From assembly GCA_951406725.2 (NCBI GenBank), contig OX597824.1, positions 78,802,001 to 78,866,000 of the forward strand: a stretch of DNA of 64,000 nucleotides. The letters run 5' to 3'. The notes beneath the pieces are model-generated. The model had not been told where the DNA came from and did no database searches. It saw only the letters and a program-made list of their open reading frames with translations. This document shows, piece after piece, positions 26,001 through 38,991 of the stretch; the stretch's first letter is position 1; every line of letters starts with the position of its first letter. The DNA is from Octopus vulgaris (taxonomy: Eukaryota). Made by a program: the position numbers and the translations under genes.

Positions 26001-26567
26001 TGTTCTTGAGCAAAGCACTTCATTTCATATTGCTCCAGTTCGCTCAGTTGTAAATGGGTGCCTGCGACAATAGTCTGCCAGTCAGAGGGTATGTTGGCCT
26101 GCTCACCTAGCCAGCAGGGTGGCATCATTTGAAGGCTAAAACAATGCAAAGCGCATTGTGACCAGTGATGTATAACTACATGTGATAGTCTGGTCAATGT
26201 CATGAATACTGTGATGTGTGTGTGTGTGTGTCTATATGTATGTATGTATATAAATGACACAGGCATCTCTGTGTTTAAGAAGTTCACTTCCCAACCACTA
26301 GGTATCAGGTTCAGTCCCACTGTGGCACCTTGGGCAAGTGTCTTAAACTATAGTTCTGTGCCTTCCAAACTCTTGTGAGCAGATATTTTTGACAGAAGCT
26401 AATTAAAAGACTCCACTCTTATGTGTGTGTCATTGTGTTTGTGTGTGTGTCCATCCAACCACTGCCACCACTACTGTTTGGCAACCGATGCTGGTTTGAT
26501 TACATCCCCACAGCTTGACGGTTTGAAATTAGGGAACCGGTAGGATAAGTAACAGGCTCAAAAAAAA

Positions 26568-26930
26568 TCTTTATATATATAAAGCTGAAGTTGTCTATGT
26601 TTGGCAGGTTTGGTAGCCTTCAACTAACACTATCTCCTCTGAGACCTGCAGCGCAAGTTGACCAAAATTGAGAGTATGATAGAAGGCTTGCTCTTCATTC
26701 CGTAGAAGAAAAAATTCAAATCGGACCATATTAACACCAAAAATTATTTACATCAAAAAGGTGCTTTTTTTCTATGACTGCTGTGTCACCATTTTTCGGT
26801 GTATTTCAACCAGAAAAATGTTCACTTAAAGAGAATAACAAGCTACATAATGCAAACTTTTTACTTTTCGAAAATTCCAATTCTAAAGGGTCGAAACAAA
26901 CCCGAGCAACGCCGGGCGATACTATGCTAG
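26568..26930 (+). mobile_element. Non-autonomous Helitron, copy 1
   Basis: 5' TCTTTATATATATAAAG. 3' hairpin CCCGAGCAACGCCGGG followed by CGATACTATGCTAG. Inserted between A and T with no TSD, splitting a SINE. Confidence 0.8.
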
Positions 26931-27907
26931 TAAGTACTAAAATTGGTCTGTTTGACTAAACCCTTCTAGGTGGTGCTCCAGCATGGCCACGGACCAATGA
27001 CTGAATCACGCAAAAGATAAGAGATATATATACATGTGTGCGTACAATGCATATGTGTTTGTATCTTCAAATAGGAGAGATTACTAAGAATATGTTTGTA
27101 TTAGTGTTTATTCTTTGAAAGCTACTGATTTACCGTGTCACTACTTGAAGATTCCTTCTTGCTTTGTACATTCTTCATGCATCAAGAAGATAAAAAAGAT
27201 GAAACCTTATATACCTATGTGTACATACATATAAATGTATATATACACGTACATACAAACATGTACGAGCACACACTGTATTAAATTAGTTTGTGTGTAT
27301 GTATGTATGTAAATACACACTATTCTGGAATGCCATGTATGTGCTCTGTGTTTGCACGTATATATAAATGTGTGTGTTTGTGTGTGTGTATCATCAGCTT
27401 GCCTACAAAATCTAACTTACTGGATGAACAGAAGTCATACTGACATAGATAAATATTTATATAGGAAATTCGCCTTACATATTTAACCCTGTTGTGTATG
27501 ACAGTTGTCTGTTTGAAAGAAGAGCAGTGCTCTTCTACGCATCTGTCAGAGGTCACTTGCAGCTGCCTCTGTGAGCAAGCCCTTCAGTAAGTTGTACATT
27601 TGCAAAATGCTCTCTCTCTCTCCTTCCTCTCTCTTTCTTTCTGTTTATGCATATTATGTGTGTGTGTGTGTGAAGGTATACTAAATTACAAGCAACGTAA
27701 ATTTTCGATTAATTGAAATTATTTTCTCTTTGAGGGAAAGTAAACAATGACTTAGCGTTTGGTAAGAGGAGTAATCTCATGGAATCAACAATTTAGTATC
27801 TTGCATAGAACTTGTTATTCAAATTCATCTTAGCCCTGAGTTGTTTTTCTTAACTTGTTCCTAGTTATATAAATGGATGTATGTGTATATGTGTATATAT
27901 GTATATA

Positions 27908-27963
<56 letters not shown>

Positions 27964-29627
27964 TATATCTATACACATGTGTATATGTATATCTTTTTGT
28001 GTGTGTGAGGAGACCCCCTTCGGTCATGAATGACCATGGGATTGAACCTAGAAAGTTACCCTCCCGGGCACAAGTCCGGGCAAGGTTGTTTTTTATGGAA
28101 GGCCAGCAGTCGCCCTTGCATACCAGCCTCCCCTCTCTACACTACTGATGTTATCCACAGGAAAGGCAAAGGCCATTACAGCTTGGCACCATTGATGTCG
28201 CAAATCAATTCTACAGCTGAGTGAACTGGAGCAACGTGAAATAAAGTATCTTGTTCAAGAGCACAACACGCAGCCTGGTCCAGGAATCAAATTCACAACC
28301 TCACGATTGTAAGCTCGACGCTCTAACCACTGAGTGATGTACCTTCATGTGTGTGTGTATGCATATAATAAATATATCATCATTTAACATCCATGCTCGC
28401 ATAGGCTAGACCGGTGATTTTCAACTGAGACCCACCCTGGCAAACAGTAATATTTTAAGGGTCTATGAAAAGTATATATTTACTAGAAACAGCTAAGTTT
28501 CTTTCTCTTACATTTTACATGGTTTAACCCACACAAGTGAATGTATGAATACCAAAATAGGAATTTTAAAAGAAGTATCTATAAAATGTTTGTTAAACAT
28601 TGAATTACTATGAAGGTGGGGCACCAGAATAAAGCAGTAAACAACAGGTCCATAGATAATTTAATGTCTGAAGAGCTTTATTTGAGCTTGGATTTTACAA
28701 CCACATGCTCTTCCTGCCACCAACCCTTATCTGTTTTATAAGTGAAGGATGGGATATCCTTTATTCTAGGAGTGTATAAAGTGCAGAATTATCAGTTATA
28801 ATGTCAACAAGGAATGTCAGTGTTTGTACTGTTATGGTCAAGTACTGATGGCATAGACTATACAAATGTGGCTAAACCTTCACGTGAATATGTGAGTGCA
28901 CACATACATAGGCATGCAAAGGGTTTCTTGAAGTTACCATCCACCAAATTCCTTCACATGACATTATAAGTAGCAGATACCAAAGGTCCACACACTTAGA
29001 CTTAATCCAAAACCACATACCAGTGCCGATACATATCAACATTACATTACACTACCAAATTGAACAATATTGTTGAAAGTGTCGAAACTGTGATGATATT
29101 TCATTGACACCTGACGAAAGGTTGAGCTTATCTGCATCTATGTGTGTATTTTTGGTTTCCCTATAAATTCCAATTTTGTTCCCCCACCATCATCATCATC
29201 ATTTAGCATCTGTTGTCCATGATAGCATGTGTTGGATAGTTTGACCAGGGCTGGTAAAGCTGAGGGGCTGCTCCAGACTCCAGTTTGATTTGGCATGGTT
29301 TCTATGGCTAGATGCCCTTCCTAACGCCAACCACTCCAAGAGTGTAATGGGTACTTTTACATGCCAGTTGCATGATACCATTTATCTGCCACGACTACAA
29401 TTTCACTTGGCTTGATGGATCTTCTTTGTGTGTGTGTGTGTGTGTGTGTGTATTGCAAATAAGAAAATGGAGACGCACAATAGTTGGTTCATCAACTTTA
29501 GGACATTAAAATGTTAACTTATTTATTTATTAAAATGATAATTATAATAACATACATATACCATATTCTATGCATATAAAATAAGAATACAAGTAATTAT
29601 TAAAAAACATTAATATAAATTAGTAAA

Positions 29628-29756
29628 ATAACTTACAGTTGTTTCAGCCCATAGATAAAAGCATCTCATTCTGCCTATATTAGTCAAGTGTATTGTGGTA
29701 AAAGGCAGTTGAAAATGAGTTACTTATATATATCTCTAGGCCACGTCAGAGATTAT
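29628..29756 (-). ncRNA. Degenerate hammerhead-like motif with a long stem II insertion, in a Penelope-like insert (about 29451-29770)
   Basis: Minus strand: ATAATCT-CTGACGT-GGCCTA...(about 90 nt)...TGGGCT-GAAA-CAACTG-TA-AGTTAT. The insert is bounded by (TG)n tracts. Confidence 0.35.
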
Positions 29757-30932
29757 GAAGTACAATCATATAATGTGTGTGTGTGTGTGTACATACACAT
29801 ACATGCATATGTTTGCATCAGAGATAGAGGTAGATATAGATATGTGGACATTAAAACGAGTTGTTGATAAAGATGTTGTGTACGTATGTGTAGATTGCTG
29901 GGTATATACAAGGTTGAGTGGATAGACAAATTCGTTAGACATACATACACACATTCAAGTGTATAAGACTACGTAAACATAGAATATATATTTATGATTA
30001 AATAATTATATTGGTTAGATAGATAGGCAAACTGACCTATAAGTAGGAACATGGATGTGTGTGTATACATTTATACACATACTCCTGGTGCAGGAGTGGC
30101 TGTGCGGTAAGTAGCTTGCTTACCAACCACATGGTTCCGGGTTCAGTCCTTCTGTGTGGCACCTTGGGCAAGTGTCTTTTATTATAGCCTTGTGAGTGGA
30201 TTTGGTAGACGGAAACTGAAAGAAGCCCATCGTATATATGTATATATATATATATATGTGTGTGTGTGTATGTATATATTTGTGTGTCTGTGTTTGTCTC
30301 CCCCCCCCCCCCAACATCGCTTGACATCCAATGGTGGTGTGTTTACGTCCCCGTCACTTAGCGGTTCGGCATAACACCGATAGAATAAGTACTAGGCTTA
30401 CAAAGAATGAGTCCTGGGATCGATTTGCTTGATCGACTAAAGGCGGTGCTCCAGCATGGCCACAGTCAAATGACTGAAACAAGTAACATAGTAAAAGAGT
30501 ATACGGACACACACACACACACACACGGTGAGATTATAAAAACTGTATAGATATAAATTGATACGTCTGTACGTGACACTCTCTCTCTCTCTCTCTCTCC
30601 CTCTTTTCATATGTACCTGTCTGTGCATGTACGTACATGGTGATCTGTTACAAGAAGATATGTACAATTCCCTCGTAGTTAAGAGATGTACACAAATGTC
30701 TAGAAAGACGTATAGATATATATAATTGGCAGGTACGTTACATGGCTGTATAGATAGATACGTAGACATATATTCGGTTGATATATATACCTTGATATGT
30801 AGGTGTGATTGCTAGATTGATGGAAAGATAAAAACAAATATTTAAAATATTTATTTATATATAAAACAAGAAGCAAAAGACCGGATGATTTAGCTATGAT
30901 CGTTTGTTAGATATCCTTACATTGTGTTTAAT

Positions 30933-31320
30933 TCTCTTTTACTTGTTTCAGTCATTTGACTGCGGCCATGCTGGAGCAACGCCTTTAGTCGATCAAATCG
31001 ACCCCGGGACTTATTCTTTGTAAGCCCAGTACTTATTCTATCGGTCTCTTTTGCCGAACCGCTAAGTGACGGGGACGTAAACACACCAGCATCGGTTGTC
31101 AAGCAATGCTAGGGGGACAAACACACACACACACCCACATATATATATATATATACATATATACGACAGGCTTCTTTCAGTTTCCGTCTACCAAATCCAC
31201 TCACAAGGCATTGGTCGGCCCGGGGCTATAGCAGAAGACACTTGCCCAAGATGCCACGCAGTGGGACTGAACCCGCAACCATGTGGTTGGTTAGCAAGCT
31301 ACTTACCACACAGCCACTCC
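30933..31320 (-). mobile_element. SINE family A, representative - strand copy
   Basis: Near-identical reverse complement of 20363-20771. Other - copies at about 2081-2483, 6963-7200 (partial), 11266-11650, 44221-44618, 53770-54126 and 59683-60080. Confidence 0.9.
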
Positions 31321-33726
31321 ATGTTAATGCTTCTTAAATTTGCTTGTTTTGTTGTTTAGTCGCATACCAACCCTCATCAGGCAAACTCTCGCTGAAAGCG
31401 GTTCTTGCCATGACCATCTCACCTTCATTTCAAGTATAGAATAGTACTTTATACAATACTAGTCAATGTGTCTTCTTTAAAGCATTCAGGTACTGTCTGG
31501 GGGAAGCTTGGCTGCTGTTTCTAGCAGAGTGTTCAGCACCATGTCAGCCCCGACTGAGCAGTCCTAAGTTTAAAGACGTTCCATCTGTGACCATCCTGGT
31601 GTAATTTCAAGTGTAGTGTATTTTCAGTTGTGACCCCACCATATATAGTAATAGTATTTTGCAAATTAAATACAGGTGCAGGAGTGGCTGTGTGGTAAGT
31701 AGCTTGCTTACCAACCACATGGTTCCCGGTTCAGTCCCACTGCGTGGCATCTTGGGCAAGTGTCTTCTTCTATAGCCTCGGGCCGATCAAAGCCTTGTGA
31801 GTGGATTTGGTAGACGGAAACTGAAAGAAGCCCCTCGTGTGTGTTTATGTGTCTGTGATTATCCCCCCAACATCGCTTGACAACCGATGCTGGTGTGTTT
31901 ATGTCCCCGTCACTTAGCGGTTCGGCAAAAGACACCGATAGAATAAGTACTAGGCTTACAAAGAATAAGTCCCGGGGTCGTCTAAAGGCGGTGCTCCAGC
32001 ATGGCCGCAGTCAAATGACTGAAACAAATAAAAGAGTAATAACTTTGGGCATTTAATATAGAAATTTTTAATTTTCAAACCTATGTTCCAAACTCTCTAA
32101 TTTCCCTTTTTAAGATGCTTTGGTGTCTTTTGAGGGAAATTCGGTAGCTATTTCAAGCCAGCTGTTATTGAAAGTCGTCTCTGAGCAGGCATAGTGTTTT
32201 AAAGACGTTCTGGTTGTGACATCTCATATTGTTTGTTCTTTGTTAAGACGGTGTATCCGTTTGTGTAAATCGTGTCTTTGTGTGTAGGACTACATTACCC
32301 AGTGTGTTTAGTACTTACTCAAGCCATTGAATCAAGCTTCGTGATACATGTCCCGATTCTCTTCACTGTATTCTAAGTTCAAATCTCACCGGGGTACCAA
32401 TTTTTCGTCTTTCGTCCTTTCAGGGGCCAAAAAAACAAAGGATAAGTATCAGCCCCACTGTTTGGTACCTTCGACTATAGCCTCGAGTCGACCAAAAAAG
32501 CCTTGTGAGTAGATTTGGTAGACGGAAAGTGAAAGAAGCCCGACGTATACGCGTGCGTGTGCTCGCGTCTGTGTTTTCACACACACACGCACACTACTTG
32601 ACAACCGGTGTTGGTGTGTTTACGTCCTTATAACATAGCGGTTCGGTGAAAGAAACCGATGGGATAAGTACCAGACTTTAATAAAAAATATAACTGGTGG
32701 GGTCGATTCATTCGACAAAAAATTCTCTAAGGAGGTGCCCCAGCTTGGCCGCAAACTAATGACTGAGACCAGTAAAAGATAACAGATCAGTCCACCGCAA
32801 TGGGTGGTCGGAAATATACTTGATATATTGCGGTTCTTTTCATCCTAAGTTCAAATCCTACCATGGTCCAGCTTTGACGGTTGACTTCATCCGTCGCTCG
32901 GTTTAACAGCACCACCTGGCGCTATTGTCTTTCAGCTGTTTCGGTCATTGGACTGCGGCCAAGCTGTGACACGGCTTTAAAGAGTTTCGTCGAACATAAA
33001 TCGACCCCAGTACCTGTTTTTTAAGCCCGTTACTTGTTCTGGTGGGCTCTTTTGCCGGCATAAACAAACCAACACCGGTTCTCAAGCAGTGGTATGGGAC
33101 ACGCACACACACACACACACACTGCAGGATTCTTTCAATTTCCGTCTTCTAAATCCACCCATAAGGCTTTGGTCGACCCGGGACTGTGGTTGAAAACTCT
33201 AGGTACTACGCAATGGGACTGAACCCGAAACCATGTAGTTGGGAAGCAAGCGTCTTACCATAGTTTATAAATTATACCTCTGTCCCATCAATTTTAGATA
33301 CCTTTTAAGGGTCACAGGCACTGTCATTCCTCCTGACTCAAACTTGAAAAAAGAAAATTACTTTTCCTCAATACACCATTCGATGAAAATTCGACTGCTG
33401 TTTCTAGCACGTCAAGCAACCGGGTTAAGAGCCGGTCTTTGTTTTGTGTGTGGGCGGCGATAAAACTATTTGTCTGTGCTTGTTCGTTCAGTCCTACTCT
33501 TCCTACTACCCATATATGTGTGTGTGTGTGTGTTTGTCATTCCCCCTCCCTCATAGGTTTTTGCTGCTGCGCACGCAACTGCTGATGTTTCATTCAAGCT
33601 TGTTTGATTTTATCCCACTCATTCAGGTTTTCGTCTTCGTACGGCCTGTGTGCTTGTTTAGCTAGATATTCATTCATATATTGTGTGACTCTCTCTCGTT
33701 CAATTGGCAACGACGTAGTAAGCCGA

Positions 33727-33778
33727 ATGCAGATGTGTAAAAATACAGCCGTTGCTTTCTTCCGTGTGAAAAAGCCAG
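33727..33778 (+). CDS. Candidate upstream coding exon MQMCKNTAVAFFRVKKP(G) ending at a GC-type donor
   Basis: ATG at 33727. The exon ends CCAG|GCAAGT, matching the GC-AG donor consensus AG|GCAAGT. 52 nt gives phase 1, which fits the GA|AGC start of the 62965 exon. It lies in unique, CpG-rich sequence. Confidence 0.4.
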
Positions 33779-33987
33779 GCAAGTTTTCGCTTCACTTTCC
33801 TTACTTATTTTTTATTGTCCCATTGCCTCGTATGAATATTCTGTTTTATATATATATACACATATATATAATGTGTGTGTGTAATATGTTTAATCTATAA
33901 TATTCCAGTTATGACCATCTCTTAGACTCTCCCCCCCTACATTATCCGCTTTGTATTTCATTCTTTATACACGTATGTGTGTGTATG

Positions 33988-34026
<39 letters not shown>

Positions 34027-34303
34027 ATACACACACACACACATTCTATAATTATAAACAATTATAATCAGGGGTCAACTAATTGCTTCACCACGCACCG
34101 AATTTAGAAATAGCAGTTAAAATGCCTATTCTGCTATCATAGAGATCTCCCAGACAGTAACAGCAAATAACTGACCCTTGATTATAATTTATGTTTATAA
34201 TTATAGAATATTTGTATAATTTTACCTAAAAAGGTTATTTTAACGTACCGAACTACTTGGTAAAATTATTAATTAAGAATTAATTAATTGATTAATTTTA
34301 CCC

Positions 34304-34343
<40 letters not shown>

Positions 34344-34440
34344 GAGTCCGATGAAGTCCCTAAAGAATTAATTTGTATTCTACCCTAAGTATTGAGAAAT
34401 CAGGTACAGTTTAATGCAAAATTGTTTATTATAACATAAA

Positions 34441-34466
34441 CACACACACACACATACATACATACA

Positions 34467-34526
<60 letters not shown>

Positions 34527-34677
34527 TATAATATATATATATATACACAGACACATACATACATACATATAATATATATATATATATACACAGACATATA
34601 CATACATACATATAATATATATATATATACACAGACACATACATACATACATATATATATATATACACACACACACA
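34441..34677. repeat. Compound (CA/CATA/TA) microsatellite
   Basis: Seen directly in the sequence. Confidence 0.95.
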
Positions 34678-36407
34678 TTTGAGGGATTGGGAGGGAGCAG
34701 TTTGGGAATAGCTTATCCCTGAAGCCCAAATACCGGTTGGTGAAGGAAAATGATACGGAAATAGTAGATGAAGGGATATATAGAATGGGGTATAGAAAAT
34801 TTTTTATTGTTTGGAATATCTTTTGGTTAAACTGTGTGTGTGTAAATGTTGTAGGGGTGATTTGACTGTGTTTCGGCTGCTGTTCTTAGCATGTTTTCGT
34901 GACAACGTAAAGTGAATGTGGTGGTTGGCTCCTTCGCTTTTATTTCAAAGGGAATTCGTATTATGATTGCTTATCCTCCTCAATAGAAAAGTGGGTTACT
35001 GTTTAACCAAAAGTGTCTTCAATACTGAAATTGTATGGAAATGCACTAAAACACTCGCATAGCTTCATATCTCCGATTTAATTGGACAGATATTTTCGCT
35101 TCCTGTACTGTTCCGGAGTAGCGACCATTAGGGCAGTGGATTAGCAGATAAGTAAAGGGCGTCGAACAAAAGCGCCTTGCTGTCCTGAATTCACTCTGAA
35201 CTTATTGGATCATTAAAACGAATTAACTACCCACCTAAGGTCGATTTAATTACTTATTCTGAAGCCTGTTGTTGCCAGTGTTAAAAATCAATAATAGCTA
35301 TTTTAATTTTTGAACACGCACTGCGTACCTCAAACGATAATTAAAATTTATTTAATCCAATAAATACAGACAGCCTAAGACGGTCCAAATATGTCGATGG
35401 ATCTAGGGCTTTGAATTTGTTGCTGTAAATCTTTACTACCTTATCTTTTTTTTTTTTTGTCCGGAAAACTGGGAGTGGGGTGGAACCCTCTGGAATTTCA
35501 CCCCCTCCCCCCAATTTCACAGAGAAAATTTTTTGGCAAGTTTTTACACGAGGATCAATACTTGTTGGCAAGGGGGCTTTTGTTGCACTGAACAAAGCAT
35601 GAAGGACTAAAAGGAAAATGTTTTTTAGTGGTAAATGTTTAAAAGAAAAATGTGTGTGTGTATATATATGCACACACATTCACACACACAGAACTTAGTG
35701 GTTCGGCAAAAAGACCAATAGAATAATTATTTCAAAGAATAAGTCCCTAAGGTCAATTTGTTCAACTAAAGGCAGTGCTCCAACATGGCCACAGTCAAGT
35801 GATTGAAACAAGTAAAAGAATATATATGTAAGTATATATATATATATATATACGACGGGCTTCTTTCAGTTTCCATCTACTAAATCCTGTCACAAGGCTT
35901 TGGTCAGCCCAAGGTTATAGTAGAAAACAGTGGGACGTGTCTAATTTCTGTATATATTTTGCTAGGAAGTGGGTGAAAAACTAAGCCAAACATAACTTAA
36001 TTTGGACTCAATGTAACGTAACCCAATACCGCATCTAAATAATATACCCTGAGTAGTAGTAATAGTTATTCTTGTAGTATCTAATATACATCCAGGGGCC
36101 AGAAATTACCTCAGTACTTGACTGCTAACGTTACTTTAATCAGCTGTGGAGGAATGAAAATCTCACGCACACACATCAATACCACAGTTAGTAAGAGAAG
36201 GGTGTCGTCAATTAAATGAAACGAACATTTCATCCATACAGCAAATTTTAAAATTTCTACAAGTGCAGCCTATCAGAAAAGATCCACAACCATTTTAAAA
36301 CACTTCATGAGCCCCACAGATCGATGTTTTGAAAAAGTTGTTAGAAAGATATTTAACGAGATCTGTTTCAAAATTTGGGTGTTCAAACAAGATTATAGCT
36401 GATTTAA

Positions 36408-36628
36408 CCCTTTAGTGTTCGCATTATTCTGCCGAAATTAAAGCTTCTTTATCCACATTGTTTTGAATTAATCATGCATTATCTTGTAGCTATGAGATTT
36501 TTATGAGGTAGCTGTTAATTTTTAAAACAACATTGTAGGGTTGGTGTGAGAGACCAGATCTGACCATTTTGAACATAAAACAGGCAGAATACTTTTGGCC
36601 GGATATGGCCGGTTTAAATGCTAAAGGG
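36408..36628. mobile_element. piggyBac-like MITE, second family
   Basis: TTAA|CCCTTTAG ... CTAAAGGG|TTAA. Related copies at about 21878-22090 and 56559-56766, with partial copies at about 59145 and 59578. Confidence 0.75.
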
Positions 36629-38184
36629 TTAATTGATCCTAATACTTGACCAGTCAGATAAGCACAAGGGTAAAGAAATATGGGGTAAAGAGTTGGTTAA
36701 TTATATTGATTTCAACATTTGACCGAGGCTTTGTTTCATTGACCCCAGAAAGATGACAAGCAAGTTTAACCAAGGTGGGTTTTGCAATCGGAGGGTAGAG
36801 AGCTGTCAGTAAATGCCGCTCGCCATTTTGTGCCGATGGTCTAACGATTCTGTCAACCCATCACTGGAAAATGATTGCTAATCGTACTTTTCAAATTTCA
36901 GCACAAGGCCAGCAATTTTGAGATGAGAGGTTAGTTGTTAGCATTGACTTATGTACACGACAGGTACTTTGATTTGATCTTTCTCCAAAAGGATGAAAGG
37001 TCTGGTTTGAACAAATCGGACATTCTTTGTCTTTCATTTTGCCAACCACAAGGGAGTAAGACCTGGGGAAAGGTGCTGTGATGAAGTATCAAAACAGCTA
37101 AGGAGAGGATTTACAGGAGTAAAATGGTGTTGGGATGAGAATAATTATAAAGAAATATCAGCAGATAAACACTAATAAGAAAGAATCTCAAAAATCAAGG
37201 CAGAGCGGAGGCAACTGCTTAAATCAGTTCAAAGTATTTTCTCATAAAACCCCAGGTCTCATGCCTCATTGAGTGTACAGAGGCTATGTATTGGCAGATT
37301 TAAGAGAGAGAACGTCCTTTTTGAGATTCTGTGTTCAAACTCTGTTTACCTTTCCGGAGGTGGGACCAATAGAATATTGACCACTTGTTGATGGTTTATT
37401 GGCTTCAGGCCAGCAAGGATCTAACAGACTAATAATCAAAGACATTCCAATTATGGCCAATCCATCTTGTTTGATCATCAATATGTTCATTGTGTTGACC
37501 TGAGGTCAGAGACATGCCATCCCTGATTACCTCGTCTTTCTGTATTTTCCAGAACTTCATTTCAGTTATGATTTGGCTGATATTTCTAGCATGTCGAACG
37601 ACTTATTATATGCTTAGCGGCTTTTCGTCCCTCTTAACATTCTGAGTTCAAATTCTGCCGAGGTCAACTTTGCCTTTCATCTTTTCTGAATCGGTAAAAT
37701 AAAATACTAGTTAAGTATTAGGACCAATGCAATCAATTATTGCCCACCACCACATTTTCTTCCCCAAAACTTCATTCCTTGCACCTATATTAAAAGAGAT
37801 TATTATTATTAACATTTACCTCAGGTCAGTCCTAGTCTGGTAAACCCGTCTTTCAGCTTAGATGACCCTATGTCACGGAAGAGGAAAACGCTATTGAAAC
37901 TGGGAGGGGTGTAAAACACATAAAATTGAAATTTGAATTTATTTTTTTTTTAATTGATTTCCGTTTGGTTAAATGGAGAAAAACTGCTCTTTGTCTTTTA
38001 TGAAAATTGCATCCTTTTGCCCTCATGGACGGTAGGAAGTGATTTGAAGGAGGTTGGGTCGTTACCTTGAGGTTAAGTAGATTCAAGTGGGTAATTCTCA
38101 GCACAAGAATCAAAGTGGGTTTTTCCATCTTCTTTCCTGATCTGAGTATGACTAATCATTTGGATTTTTGCCTTATTTCCATAC

Positions 38185-38530
38185 GCGTGCATATATAATA
38201 TATATATGTTTGAGTGTGTGTATCTATCTATGTGTGTATGTGTGTATCTATATGTGGGTATGTATCTATATACATGTGTGTGTGTGTGTGCATATATATA
38301 CATATATGTGTGTTTATATATATATATATACATACATACATATGTATGTATATATGTGTATTTGTGTGTATATATATATATGCGCATATATGTATGTGTA
38401 TATATATGCGTATATATGTATATATATATATGTGTATGCGTATATATGTATGTATATATGTGTATGCGTATATATGTATTTATATATGTGTATATGTGTA
38501 TGTATATATATGTGTATATATACATATGTA
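38185..38530. repeat. Compound (TA/TG) microsatellite
   Basis: Seen directly in the sequence. Confidence 0.95.
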
Positions 38531-38684
38531 CACAAGCATGCTTCTCCCTGGGTCATTTATTGGTTCCAGGAGACACAACTTGTGTCAAAAAACGCCATAA
38601 GTCAAATTATCTCATCTCTAGCCTAAACCAATAATAACAATACCCTGTTCTGTACTTTATTTATGAATGCATTTTCAATAATGC

Positions 38685-38850
38685 ATGGTTTGATATGTGC
38701 TACAATCTTGGCCATATTATATGCAATCCTCGATACAGTTGTCTGACTCAGCCCAAAAGATTGTGCAATTGCTACCACTTTTTCACCTTTTTTCATGGCG
38801 TTTTATCATAGACAGTTTATCTTCTTCCAGCATTATAGCATGACGCTTAA
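38685..38850 (-). pseudogene. pogo/Tigger transposase N-terminal HTH (CENP-B_N/psq) relic
   Basis: Minus-strand translation KRHAIMLEEDKLSMIKRHEK / (+1 frameshift in an A-run) GEKVVAIAQSFGLSQTTVSRIAYNMAKIVAHIK matches the Tigger HTH pattern KR..ITLE.KL.IIKR.E.GE....IAR..GL..STVS.I.KN..KI. Confidence 0.75.
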
Positions 38851-38991
38851 CTCTTTCGCTGTGAATTTTCTCAGGGAAAAATAGGGGTGAAAAATAAAGT
38901 CACAAATGAATGAGAAATTAGCAGATAAACAGACCTAAACAAATCTGAATTCAAAACAATCGTGGGAGTCACCAGTGTCAACGACAACTAA

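Noticed and set aside
29078-29120. GAAA...CTGACGA with a GTGTC/GACAC stem
   Set aside because: The pairing topology is incompatible with a hammerhead fold.
34347-34400. CCGATGAAGTCC hammerhead-like 5' half
   Set aside because: No matching GGAC-GAAAC 3' half; at most a truncated relic.
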